DNA of 64,000 nt from Rebecca billardiae RCC1528 (taxonomy: Eukaryota > Protista > Haptophyta): positions 1,116,001 through 1,180,000 of the forward strand of contig OZ251225.1 of the NCBI GenBank assembly GCA_965240325.2, read 5' to 3'. This document shows, one piece after another, positions 10,528-22,357 of this stretch (positions are counted from its first letter, which is position 1; every line of letters begins with the position of its first letter). The notes below the pieces were generated by a model. It was not told the origin of the DNA. It saw only the letters and a program-made list of their open reading frames with translations, and made no database searches. Position numbers and translations under genes: made by a program.

Positions 10528-13500
10528 ATGTCATTCCGACGGCCTCGCGGCATCACCCGCGCATCAGCCCTGTCCGGCGATGTGCAGCTCCCCGAGGACA
10601 TTTTGTCGCGCATCCCGTCGTCAATCACTGCGCCCAACTCGCCCTTCCAGCGGCATGCCCCCCAGAGCCCCACGGGCTCGGGCCCGCCGGGCTCGCCCAA
10701 TCAGCTGCGCGATAAGACGACGCGTGCCGCTGCCGAGCGCGAGGACTTCGCCTCGACCATGGTCGCCATGCGCGAGTTCTGCGAGAACCGGCGGATGGCC
10801 AAGATCCGGGCTGACTCGGATCTGAAGGCGATCCTGCGGGAGCTGCCGAGCGAGCAGATGCTGTCGGACGAGGACCGCGAGCAGCTCGCTGGGCTCATCG
10901 ACAAGTTCCTCTTCCTGGCCGTCGGCGCACTCTCTCGGCCTGTCTGTCAGGTACGCCCGAGCTCCTGCGCCCGCGCCGACGCGGCATGCGCTCGCGCGCG
11001 TGCCATGCGCGCGGCCGGCGCACGCAGCTGGCGTGTGCCGACTGTCGCCGCCCCCGTGACCCGCCGCGCCGCGCGCGCAGGAGCTCGTCGTGGAGCTCCA
11101 GTCGATCCGCTCCCGCACCGCCGCGCCGCTCGTCACGCGCGTCCTCTTCGCGATCTCGCCTGTGCTCCGGCGCGCGCTCACAGACGCCGAGCTCACGCTC
11201 ACGCCCGTGCGGCACACGACGCACACGGTGGGCGAGCGGCAGGAGTCGTCCTTCCTGAGCACGCTGCGCGCGACGGAGAGCAAGCAGGAGTGGGACGCGA
11301 CCATGCGTCGGAGGCGCGAGCTCGCCTCGCCCACCGACGCCGGGCCGCAAGCCGCGGACGCGGAGCCGATCGCGCCAGCGCCCGCCGCCGTCGACCCGTC
11401 GGCGTTTGCGCCGCCGATGCTGCAGGCGCAGAGCCGCGCAGGCTCGGAGCTTCTGCTGTGCCGCGTGTGCGAGCAGCCTGTCTCGGCGGCGGAGATGGAG
11501 GAGCACGTGACGATGTGCATGCTCGACATGATGGTCTTCGTCTCCGTCCGCCGCATCCGCCGCGCCCTGCGACATGTCGAGCGGCTGTGCACGCGCGTCG
11601 AGCACGCGTGCTCTGGCCAGTTTGGCTGGTCGGGCAGCCTGGGCGAGGCGCACCAAGGCGCGCTCGTCGGCCTCAGCGCGCGGTACAGCGCGGACGCGGC
11701 GCGGGACGAGGGCGCGGGCTCGGCGGAGGGCGGCGGCGCGGGCGGCAGCGCCGAGCTCGAGCCGCCCCCCAACACTGCGATGCGACGGCGCTCGGGTGAC
11801 ATGCAGGCGTCTCTGCAGCTGCTCTACACCTGCAGGGAGTGCTGCGTGCGCGCGCTGCGCATGCTGGACGGCGTCGACGGCACGCCGAGGCCGCACGACG
11901 CGTCGCGCTCGCGCGAGGCGTTCGCGCTGCTGCAGACGGAGCTCACGACGCTCGAGCGCGTGGACAAGCAGGAGCTGCCGCGCAAGGTGATGCGGCTCGT
12001 CATTGAGAGCACGGAGGTGCGCGCGCACGCGCGCACGCGCGGCCTGCGCGCGGTGCGGCCTGCGCGCGGTGCGGCCCGGGTGGAGCGCGCGCCGCGCCAC
12101 CGTCGCGTCATCGCGCTGTCTCCGTCCCGGCACGTGGCGCCGGCCGCACGGCGTGCGAGCCAGCGGCTGCACGCTGGCGCTGCGCGCTCGGCGCGTGCGC
12201 CTGCCAGCCCCTCACCCGCGCTCGTCCCGCGCCCCGCCGCGCTCACTGCGCCGCGCCGCCGCGCCGCCGCTGCCGCGCCGCCGCCGCCGCGCCGCCGCCG
12301 CAGGCTGTCGCCGAGGGCGCGCAGCTTGCCGAGCTCGCCGGGCATTTTCTGGAGGTCTTTCAGGAGGCGGCGCGCTCGGGCTCGCGCCCCTTGCAGCGCT
12401 CGCGCTCGCTCACCTCGCTCCACGCGGCGGAGCTCGAGCTCGAGCTCGCGGCGGGCTCGATCGGCGGCCACCCGCTGCCGGCGCAGCAGCTGGCGCCGCC
12501 CGCGGGCCTCGGTGGCCTCGGCGCGCTGCTCAGCACGCCCGAGCGGCCCGCGGACGAGCAGGAGCTGAGCCCGACGGACGCCCCCGGCGCGCCGGCCAGC
12601 GCCGAGCCCGCGGGCCCGAAGCCGCCGCCCCCGCGGCTCGACCGCTCGCTGCTGGCCGGCGCGGAGGGCGCGGCGGGAGCGGCGACCTCCTCCGATGCCT
12701 CGCCGCACTCGCCGACGACGCACCTTGGGCCGCTGTTCAACACGCGCGAGTTCGGCTCGCGGGAGCACGGGAACAAGCGCTCGCCGCCGATGCGCTCGCT
12801 CGCGCAGATGCGCTCGAGCGCCGCGCACGACGCGCTCACGCGCTCGGGCGGATCGCCGCTCGGCGAGCGGCGCGGCGCGTCGCCGCTCAACCCGGGCGCG
12901 ACTGCGGCCGCGCCGCCGCTCCCGGCGCCGCCGTCGCTGCCCGCGTCTCACTCGGGCTCGGAGCGAGGCAGCTGGAGCGGCTCGCCGCTGATTGGGCCCA
13001 CGATGGCGCTCAGCGCCTCAGGACTGGCTCACAGCGGCCTCGGCCCGGGCAGCTCGTCGCCGGCGGGCGCGGCGGCGAACAGCGGCGGCGAGAGCGGAGG
13101 CAGCGCGCGCAATACGCCAGACCTGGGCCAGCGCCCGTCGCTGATGGCGACGGGCGCGGCGGCGCCGCTCGGCAGCCCGTCGATGGGCGCTCGGATGCCC
13201 GGCGTCTCCAGGCGGCTGCTCGACCGGCACGAGCAGCGCGCAGGCATGCAGATCTCGATCTCCTCGTTCGAGATGATCAAGCCCATCTCGCGCGGCGCGT
13301 ACGGCCGAGTCTACCTGGCGATGAAGCGGCGGACTGGCGACCTGTATGCAGTCAAGGTGCGCGCACCCGCGCACCCGCGCACCCGCGCCGCGCGCCGCCT
13401 CACCCAGGCGCGCACCGCTCACCCCGCGCTGCGCCCGCCGCGCGCGCGACGCGCGCCGCCCGCGCGGCCGCGCTGCGCCGCCGCCGCCGCCGCCGCGCCG

Positions 13501-15375
13501 CGCGCGCAGGTGCTGAGCAAGGCCGACACGCTGCGCAAGAACCAGCTGGCGAACGTGACGGCGGAGCAGGCGATCCTCGCGAGCGCCAACAACCCGTTTG
13601 TCGTGAAGCTCTTCTACTCGTTCGCGTCCAAGCAGAACCTGTACATGGTGATGGAATTCGTCAACGGCGGAGACCTGTACTCGCTGCTGCAGGCGGTCGG
13701 CCGGCTGGACGAGGGCACGGCGCGCGCGTACATCGCCGAGCTGTGCCTCGCGCTGCAGTACCTGCACGAGGAGCTGGGCGTGGTGCACCGCGACCTCAAG
13801 CCTGACAACGCGCTCATCGACGCAAACGGCCACATCGTGCTCACCGACTTTGGGCTCTCGCACATGGGCGTGGGCGACGCGCTGCCGCCCGCGCCCGCGC
13901 CGCGCGAGCTGCGCGAGCTGCGGACGAGCGTCGACGGCGCGGGCGGCGCCGGCTCGGCCGGCTCGCTCTCGCTCGGCCGCTCCGACTCGAACCGCGACTC
14001 GAACCGCGACTCGAACCGCTCGTCGCGGCCGGACAGCCGCGCGCACACGCCGCACTCGCGCTCGGGCTCAAACTCGCCCCGGCCCGCGAGCGACGACGCG
14101 GCCGCCGAGCAGCAGAGCGGAGCGAACACGACGCTGGCGGGCGCGGTCGGCGCGCGCGCGCCCGCGCTGCCCGTCGGCCTCACCAGCCTCGGCCGGACGC
14201 TCGCCGTGGGCGCGGCGGCGGGCGCCGGCGCCGGCGGATGCGCCGGCTGCTCGGGCGGCTCGGCCGGCTCCTTGGGCCACGCCTCCGCCGACTCGCCGCC
14301 GCCCCCCGCCGCGGGCCCGCCGCAGCCGCGCCCGATCCGAGGCAAGGTGGGCACCCCCGACTACATGTCGCCCGAGATCCTGCTCGGCACGGGCCACGAC
14401 GCGCGCGTCGACTGGTGGTCGCTCGGCGTGGTGCTGTACGAGCTGCTGATCGGCGTGACGCCCTTCAACGCTGACTCGCCGCAGGGCGTCTTTGAGAAGG
14501 TGCTGCGCGGGCAGGTCGAGTGGCCGCCGGGCGCGGCGGAGCACCTCTCTGCCGAGGCCATCCAGCTGGTCGGACAGCTGCTCACGCTCGACCCAGACCG
14601 CAGGCTGGGCACCAAGGGCGCGGCCGAGGTGATGGCGCACCCGTGGTTCGACGGCGTCGAGTGGGACAAGCTGCGGCAGCGCGAGCGCTCGCACGCGCCC
14701 TTTGTGCCCAAGCTCGACGACCTCTACGACACGTCCTACTTCAAGGAGCGCGTGCGCAGCGCGCGCGGCGCCGCGCAGACGTCGAGCGCCGACCCGGACT
14801 TCACGCTCGCGCCGCCCGGCGCCGCGCCCGCCGCCGCCGCCGCCGCCTCGGCGGTGCCCGCCGCCAAGCCGCCGACGGTCGCGGTGGACGAGGTCGCGAG
14901 CGACGACTCGGACGCCGAGATGCCGGGGTACTCGCGCGTCCGCGACCGGCAGCGCGGCGCGAGCAGCTCGTCTAGCAGCGACGACGCGCGCGGCGCTCGC
15001 GCGCCCGCCTCCGCGCCCGAGCTCGCGGAGGGCCTCGACGTGGACGAGCCGGACGACTTCTCCGCCTTCTCGACGTTTGTGCACCTGGGCAACCTGCAGC
15101 AGGTGACGCAGCGCAAGCTCGCCGACCTGAAGCGGCGGCTCGCGGAGGACTCGCCGCACGACTTCCTCAGCGAATGCGGCTCGCTGCCCGTGTCGACCGC
15201 GCCGTCGCCCACGGCCGCGCGGCACAGCACCTCGGCCGCCTTCCTCGGGCCCGCGCTCTCCCCACCGCCCTCGCGCGTGGCGGCGGGCAGCGCGAGCGGC
15301 GCGCTGCTGGGCTCGTCGCTGCTGAGCGCGCCGTTCCACCTGCACACCTCGTCAAAGCAGCACGGGGCCAGATGA
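10528..15375 (+). CDS. IRE/Rim15/Greatwall(MASTL)-type AGC Ser/Thr kinase; exons 10528-10950, 11081-12016, 12304-13356, 13510-15375
   Basis: Kinase motifs IKPISRGAYGRV, AVK, HRDLKPDN, DFGLS and GTPDYMSPE. A long insert lies between DFG and subdomain VIII, with an AGC C-tail (PFVPKLDDLYDTSYF). The N-terminal IRE-like helical region and CRVCE..H..C zinc motif are present. Three GT-AG introns keep the frame. Confidence 0.92.
13984..14019 (+). repeat. Coding tandem repeat (GACTCGAACCGC)x3 = DSNR x3 in the kinase insert
   Basis: Seen directly in the sequence. Confidence 0.9.
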
Positions 15376-15978
15376 CAGTGGGCGACATGGTCGGAGCGGG
15401 CGCCGGCCTGGCGCTCGGCGTCGAGTGCGTCGACTGCTGCCGCTGGCCGGTCCGCGCGATGTCCGTGTCGGACGGACAGTCGGCGGTGATGACCGTACTG
15501 GTACTCTTCCGTGACCCGTCTCCGGAGACGACGAGATCGCGCTGCGATCATACTGACATTACTGTAGTTATAATTAATAAGCATCAATATTCGGATGACG
15601 AATTATTAATATATATATATATATATATATGCTGTCGTTAATATTATGATGGATTATTATGCGCGCGACTCGCCGCCCGGCCCCGCAGACGCCAGACAGC
15701 GGCAGACGCGCCTTCACTCTTCAGTTCAGACTTTTCTACGGCGTACTTCTACTGGGCGGTCAATCGCGTGCCATCTGAGTCTGATATCGCGCGCGATGAC
15801 TCACCGCAGCATGCTATGCGCTGCTGCGCTGCAGCTCAGTGCATGTCCTGCGGATGCCAAGGCTGAGCTGCAGGACAATGAGTTGCAGCCCCCGGCACGC
15901 CGGCCGTCACGCCGCCGGCGTGGCAGCCGCCGCAGCGGGCCCGCCGCAGTCCCGGAGGCTGACGGTCACTCTGCTGAG

Positions 15979-17283
15979 TCAGGACCTTCCCTGCTTCATC
16001 GTCGTCGTCATCCGTGGCGGCTGCATTGGCGTCCACGCTGGTGACGCCGCTGTGAGCGTGAGCGCGTCAAATGCCTCGCCATCATCGAGCTCCGAATAGA
16101 ACTCCGCATCGCCGCCGCCGCCGCTGCCGCCGAGCGCGGCACGGAACAAGCCCTCACGCCGGCTGCGCTGCGAGTGCTCGTCGCTGTCCGACGCAAGCAG
16201 GTGCGGCTGGCGCCGCTCCAGATTGCGCAGCACGGAAGGCGCGCTGCCGCGCGCCGCGGGATGGAACGCCACGGCAGGCACCAGGTGCATGCCCGTGCCG
16301 CCCCCGTACACGGCCGGCTCGGCGGGCTCCCGCCACCAGTCGAACGGCGTTGGCTCCTCGTATCGCCGCGCGTGCTGCAGCTCGACGGTGAAGCGCGGGT
16401 CTCGGAGGGACCACCAGCCGGGCTCGGGGGGGCGCGAGGCGCTCTCGAGGTGGCGCCGCTCGTCCTTGAGCCGCATCTGCTCCGCGCGCAGCACGGCGAG
16501 GTACGTCTCGTACGACTCGAACAGCGTGGGCCCGCCCGGCTCGTTGGGCGCCGCGCCCGTGCGCGAGTGCCACGGCTGCGCGCGGCCGGCGCGAGCACCG
16601 CGCGCCTCGTGCGCGCGCGACGCGCTCGAGGGGCGGCGCCTGGCGCGCTCTCGCTGCGCAGCGAGCTGCGCGCGCGACGTGGGCGAGCCCTCCCGCTCGA
16701 TCCGCTCGCGCGAGTGCTGCAGCCCGGAGTAGACGACGTCAAAGGGCTCGACGCGATGCGGCAGCGGCTTGCCCAGCTGGCGGCGCAGCTCGAGGCGCTC
16801 AGCCTCGAGGCGCTCAGCGGCGGCTATGGGCGAGGTCTGGCCGAGCGCGGCAAAAGGACCCCTCGGAACGCCATGGCGCGCGCCCGCTGCCGCGCTGTCA
16901 GCCCCGGTCGCGTGCGCGGCTGCTTGCGGCACCACCGCGCCTTGGACGCTTGCGCTCGCGAGCGCTTGCGCGGCACGCAGCATGGACTGAACGGTGTCCG
17001 CGTCGGGCACGCCGTCGGTAAGCGGGTCCCTCTTCCTCGGCGCGTCGCCCAGGGCATCGACGAGCAGGTACAACTGCCGGACGAGCTCAGCCTCGCGCTC
17101 GCCGAGCGGCGCTCGTAGCCGGGGCAGCTCGACGCACGCGAATGTGAGCAGAGCCTCCAGCTCGGCGGGCGCCAGGCCGACGGACGCATCCGCTGCGGGG
17201 GTGCCAGAAGACTCCTCGGTCCCCACCGAGCTGGCCACCGATGGGCGCTGCCGGCCGGAGCCACGCATGCGCACGCGCTTCAT
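15979..17283 (-). CDS. Hypothetical protein (intronless; ORF open upstream to 17454)
   Basis: Long ORF with coding-like codon bias and non-repetitive segments such as PPEPGWWSLRDPRFTVEL; first ATG at 17283; no family recognised. Confidence 0.7.
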   Translation of the reverse strand: MKRVRMRGSGRQRPSVASSVGTEESSGTPAADASVGLAPAELEALLTFACVELPRLRAPLGEREAELVRQLYLLVDALGDAPRKRDPLTDGVPDADTVQSMLRAAQALASASVQGAVVPQAAAHATGADSAAAGARHGVPRGPFAALGQTSPIAAAERLEAERLELRRQLGKPLPHRVEPFDVVYSGLQHSRERIEREGSPTSRAQLAAQRERARRRPSSASRAHEARGARAGRAQPWHSRTGAAPNEPGGPTLFESYETYLAVLRAEQMRLKDERRHLESASRPPEPGWWSLRDPRFTVELQHARRYEEPTPFDWWREPAEPAVYGGGTGMHLVPAVAFHPAARGSAPSVLRNLERRQPHLLASDSDEHSQRSRREGLFRAALGGSGGGGDAEFYSELDDGEAFDALTLTAASPAWTPMQPPRMTTTMKQGRS

Positions 17284-18055
17284 TCGCGGCAGCAGCGACG
17301 ACAATGACGCAGGCTTCGGAGCGGAGGTCGCGAAATCGGTTTCCTCTTCTGTCCGTATTTCCGTTTCGACTTTTCCGTCTGGGACTCCGCTCGTGGGCGC
17401 TACCGTAACTCTGAACTCGGCTGCGCGGGCGAAGCCGGCAAGCCGCCGAAACACGAGCGGGTGGGCGCGCGGCCGAGCTTCAACTTTTTCAACTCGTGGC
17501 CACTCGTCCGGGGTGACCGAGGTCTAATCGAATTCGAGTGGTCATCAAGCTGGAATCAAAAGACTCTCCACCTCATAAGTGGTTCGACCGGCATGACAAT
17601 CAGGGTTTGACTGTCCTTTGACGACTCGGGTGATTCCCGTGGCGACGCACAACTGAACAGCCCATTCTCATTGGTCGATTTCGTCGGGCAACCTCGAGGT
17701 ATTTTTGCGCTCGTTAGCGGGCGAGCTGACATATGCACAAGCAGTTCAGCGAGTAATGCCTCGGCGGGGAGGCCGTCCAGGGTATTTAGAACTCACCCAG
17801 GAACCATCGGCGACGCAACCCAAGATGCGCACACGGAGGCCCTGGCGAGAGCTGGGCAGGGCGCATCGCGAAGCTCGTCGCACGCGGCCGCAGAACCCGC
17901 GCTGTTTGTAAGCGTATTCTCCAGGAAGAGCCAACTTGCCCAGCGCCTCTTTTGACCAGTTGCGCCTGTGGTGGTGCCCTCGCATCGGCACTGGGCCTGC
18001 AGCGCACTCGGGCGCGGCACAGCCCATCGCTGCGGTGCGCTGGGGCACGGGCGGC

Positions 18056-19143
18056 ATGTGTCAGACGTCCGCGCGCGTGAGCCGTGTCACGCGCCTCGAC
18101 ATCCTGCCACTCGCCGAGTCGGTGCGGTGGCGCGGCAAGCTGCTGCCGCGGTATGGTTGGTACATGCTCTCGGGAGCGCTGTGCGACATCGGGCAGTTCG
18201 TGTTGTACAAGCTGTTGTGGAACACGTTCGGGCTGCCCACGCTGGCTTGGACAGCTGCATACGTGCTGAGCATCGCGATGCGCCAGGAGACGCACAAGGT
18301 GTTTGTCTTCGGCCACTATGAGGGCGCGTGGTGGAAGAACCTCTGGCGCTTCTACTGCGTGTACTTCCTCACAGTCGCCACGTCGATGCCGGTCAACCTG
18401 CTGCTCGTGCGGGCGATGGCGTTCCTGCCGCGCGAGGTCACCGCGCTTGGCATCGCCGAGAACACCTATGTGCGCGCCGGCGCGCATGCTCGCCCATGCG
18501 AGCGCGCCCTACGCACGCGCAAGCCCGCAGTGCAGCAGTGGCCTCGGCGCGGGCGAGCCACCGCGTGCGCGCACTGGGGCGAGGGGGCGGTCGCGTGAGC
18601 GGGGGCGGGGGCGGAGCGCTCGTGGCTGCTCGCCTCGCACCACGCCCGGCGCTCACCACCGCGCGCGCGTGCGCACGGCCGCGCACCAGGCGTACTTCGG
18701 CACGACAATATACACAGGCATCTTCAGCTACCTGCGGCTCAAAGCCAACTGGCGACGGGTGCGCGCACGCGCGGCGCGCGGCGCGCGGCGCGCGGCGCGC
18801 GGCCGAGGGGTGATCAGCGGGAGTGCTCGGCGGGGCGGCGGTGTGACCTGGCGCGGGCACGCGTACGCCGATGCGCGCGGCCCCGCGCTCATCCGCCCTC
18901 CCCCCACCCCCACCGCAGCCGATGAAGGTGAGTAAGAGTGGCCTGGACCTCGGCGTGCTGCCGACTAAGGCCACCATCACCGGCGCCACGCCGAGCGCGT
19001 TCACAAAATGGCAGCTCTCGCCGGGCGAGCTCAGCCGACGAGGGCTCGCGGCGCATGTCAACCCGTGCAGGACGGGCTCGCAGCCAAAACACCAGCGGGT
19101 GCCGAGCTACGGCAGCGAATATTCCAAGCTGCTCGCTATCTGA
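18056..19143 (+). CDS. GtrA-like four-TM membrane protein; exons 18056-18469, 18690-18758, 18919-19143
   Basis: Pattern WYMLSGALCDIGQF...AWTAAYVLSI...HKVFVFG...LWRFYCVY...IFSYLRLK matches the GtrA layout; two phase-0 GT-AG introns. Confidence 0.75.
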
Positions 19144-19392
19144 ACCACCGCCACCTGCGCGCACTCGGCCGACCGACACGTCGCGCCGACCGCCGCCGGT
19201 GGCACCCCCGATCTGACGGTGGCTTTGTTTTATTCGCCGCGCGCGCTCGGCGCGCGGGCGCGGGCGGTGTGCCCTCTCGATTTCTCGCGCGGGCGGCAGG
19301 CGAGGAGTGGGGCGAGGCGACTGCGAGCAGGCGGCGTCACTCTTCGGGCAGCGCGGGCCCATAGGCCATACTGGTGCCCCAAAAAAGTGCCG

Positions 19393-19467
19393 CTGTGACG
19401 ACTGTGTCGACTGTCTCCGAGTGTCAGCCCTGTGACGACTGTGTCGACTGTCTCCGAGTGTCAGCCC
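19393..19467. repeat. Exact 37-bp tandem duplication
   Basis: CTGTGACGACTGTGTCGACTGTCTCCGAGTGTCAGCC occurs twice, at 19393 and 19430. Confidence 0.92.
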
Positions 19468-20133
19468 CTTCGGCGCCTGGCAGTGACCGTCATCATTCTC
19501 ACGGCCCTTCTTCGACAACCGTCCGAACCGCGATCGGCCCGCGCGTGGCGCGTCGACGGGCGCGTGACGCGGCCGGATTCTGGAGTGTCGAATCGTCTCG
19601 GACGAATGATTCTGTCTCGCGAATGATCGGTCACTTATCAGTACGTGCGAGTGTTCGTACTTATATTGCGCGATGAATCATATAATAAGAAGAATAATGA
19701 TATGATATATATATATATATATATACTCTGATGCAAGAATTACCGTATGAATCGGACCATCAATGAGCCGAGAGAATCCGTGTCAATACCGACATAAATA
19801 AATAAATATATATATATTTATTAATACTGTCCAGAACGGATGGCGCCGGGCCACGCCGGCGCTGCCATACAATAACAATATCAGGTCGGTCCGGGTCCGG
19901 GTCGGTCGGCGAGTCGCTCAGTCACGACCGATGGCGATGAGTAGGACGCGCCGTCGCGCGCCGCGGGCTGAGTGACCCCGCGGCCGACGCCGCCGCGGCC
20001 GCGGGCCTCGCGTTACCAGCCCTCACCGACACCAGTCACGGCAGTCACCTCAGGCCCAGTCCTGCTCGCACGGAAGCCCGCTCGTCACGCGGCCGCGCGG
20101 TGCGCTGCCCTCCGCAGCTGACTGCTGCACTGG

Positions 20134-22095
20134 TCAAATGACTGGAGCGGGGATATGCGGCAACAGATGCTGCTGCGGCGCGCCACGGGTGCCGAGGTCA
20201 CCGCCGAGACTTTCTGTCGACTGCAGCCGCTGCAGCTGACGCTCGAGGCGCGCCATGTTGCCCTGCAGCTCGTGGTTGCGCCGCACCGCGTCGTCGAGCA
20301 TCGCGGCGGCTTGCTCCGCCTCCGCGTGTGCCCTCTCTGTCTCAGCCAGAAGCGCATCCCCGCCACCGGAGTCCGGCCCAAGCAGCTGCAGCCGTCGGAC
20401 CTCGGCGCGCAGCGCGCTCAGCTCCGCCAGCAGCGCGGCCTCCTCCTCGTCGGTCGCGGGCGGCGCCGGCTGCGCCGCGTACGGCGACGGGTACAGGTGC
20501 TCATTGCTCGCCTGCGAGCGTGGCGGCGTATGAGCAGGAGGGCTGCTGGCAGTGGTGGCGCCGAGCGCGGCATGGCTCGGCGAGGCCGGCAGCCCCTGCG
20601 CAGCCGCGGCCGCATGGAGAGGGGCGCTCTGCGTGCCGGCGCCTGCTTGGAGCGCGGAGAGCGCGTTCTGCCGCGCAGCCCACTCGAGCGCCTGCGTGAG
20701 CGTCAACAGTGCGGGCAGCTGGCTGAGCTCACCAAAATGGATGAGCGCCGTGTTCTCGTGCGCCGCCTGGCGCAGCGCGTGCACGCCTGCGTCGCCGATG
20801 AACGTGCGGCTCAGGAGAACCTCGACGAGAGGCGCGGCGGTGCGGCCACGGAGAAGCCGCGCTAGCGGCAGGGCGAATGCGTCCCCGAGGGGGTTGCCGC
20901 TCAGGTCGAGCGCCTCGACCGTCTCGTTCGACCCGAGCGCATCGAGCAGGGCGAGCCCGCCGCGCGCATAGATGGCGCAGTTGGCTAGCGCGAGCTTGCG
21001 CAGGCCGACGCGCGCGTGGCCGGCCGCCGCCTTGCGTTGCGCGCTGGGTGCCGACGCGGCGCGCAACGCCTCGGCGCACGCCACGGCGCCGTCGTCGCCA
21101 ATGAAGCAGAAGTTGAGATCGATCTCGTGCACGTGCCCACACGGGCGGCCCGGCGCCAGTGCCTTGAGTACAGTGGCCGTGGCCGCAGCGCTCAGCCGCG
21201 CGTGCGTGAGACCGAGGGAGCGCAGCTGCGCGCTCGCACCGACGGCGGTGAGGACGCGCGGGACGGAGCTCGGCGGCACGGAGGCCCGAATCTCTGTCAG
21301 CGTGCCGCCCTCCGCCGCATGGGCCGTGAGCGCGTCGCCGAGCTCGGTGGCCCAGGCCGAGCGTGCAAGCAGTCGTGGGCAGTTGCTCACGTCGAGCCGC
21401 ACGAGCGTGCGGTTGGCGCGGAGCGCGCCCGGGAGCGCGCGGGCAAACTCGTGCTCAAAGTCGTTAGCCGACACGTCGAGCGAGGTCAAGTGCTTCGAGC
21501 GCCCGGAAAGGAGCGGCGCGAGCGCCTCCACGTGCGCGTCCTCCAGCGCGCACTTTGCCAGCGAGAGTGTGCGCACGTGCGGCGCTGCCGAGACGAGTGC
21601 GCGGCAGAAGAGCATGAGTGCCCTCGCCGACCACAGCGAGCCGAGGCCGCCGGGGGAGACGAAACCGACGAGCTCGAGCGTGTGCAGGAAGGGCGCCGCG
21701 CGCACGCCGTCCAGCACGGAGAGGACCGTCGCCTCGAGGCTCGGCGGGGCGGAGAAGAGCGGTGAGCTGCGCGTGCACGCCATCGCCAGAGCGCGGGTGC
21801 TGAAGCGGGCGCTGCCTTTAGCGAGCGCATCCACAAGCGTCGGTTCTGGCGACACCTCGTGCTGTATGCAGGCCTCACGGTAGCTCAGCTGTGCTCGCGC
21901 CGAGGCGCGCGCGTCGTGCGCAGAGTCAGCAAGCCGCTGGTCTGCAGCGCGCCGGGCTGCAATGTGGACGTACGAGATGTGCAAGGCCTGCGGCTGCTCT
22001 ACCGCCTGCTCCGGCGTGCGCGCTCGCCTGGTTGGGGACTGGCGGCGACGTGCGATCGTGGACGAGCGCGAGCTTGCCTTGCCGACGACGCGCAT
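20134..22095 (-). CDS. Ribonuclease-inhibitor-type leucine-rich repeat protein with C-terminal coiled coil
   Basis: Repeated LxxLxLxxN/C units (LTSLDVSANDF, LVRLDVSNC, VEALDLSGNPLGD, IDLNFCFIGDDGA); 653-aa intronless ORF. Confidence 0.85.
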   Translation of the reverse strand: MRVVGKASSRSSTIARRRQSPTRRARTPEQAVEQPQALHISYVHIAARRAADQRLADSAHDARASARAQLSYREACIQHEVSPEPTLVDALAKGSARFSTRALAMACTRSSPLFSAPPSLEATVLSVLDGVRAAPFLHTLELVGFVSPGGLGSLWSARALMLFCRALVSAAPHVRTLSLAKCALEDAHVEALAPLLSGRSKHLTSLDVSANDFEHEFARALPGALRANRTLVRLDVSNCPRLLARSAWATELGDALTAHAAEGGTLTEIRASVPPSSVPRVLTAVGASAQLRSLGLTHARLSAAATATVLKALAPGRPCGHVHEIDLNFCFIGDDGAVACAEALRAASAPSAQRKAAAGHARVGLRKLALANCAIYARGGLALLDALGSNETVEALDLSGNPLGDAFALPLARLLRGRTAAPLVEVLLSRTFIGDAGVHALRQAAHENTALIHFGELSQLPALLTLTQALEWAARQNALSALQAGAGTQSAPLHAAAAAQGLPASPSHAALGATTASSPPAHTPPRSQASNEHLYPSPYAAQPAPPATDEEEAALLAELSALRAEVRRLQLLGPDSGGGDALLAETERAHAEAEQAAAMLDDAVRRNHELQGNMARLERQLQRLQSTESLGGDLGTRGAPQQHLLPHIPAPVI

Positions 22096-22357
22096 CGTCT
22101 TGCTGACGTTTGGCCGTTTGCTGTTTTGGCGTCAGTGCGTGCAACAGGCAACAGCTCTCGAGTCTCGACCGGAGTACCGGACAAGCTGCAGAAAGCTTCC
22201 GGACGACGAGGCGGGCGATTTTTATATTTTTTTCCCGCGCCCAACATTGTTCTTTTCCTTTTCTCACCGTCCCACGCCAGCGCGACGACGCCAGCCATCG
22301 TGGAAAGGGCCTGGTAGTCGAACCCACTCGCCCCGCCGGGCACTCGGCGTGGTGGGG

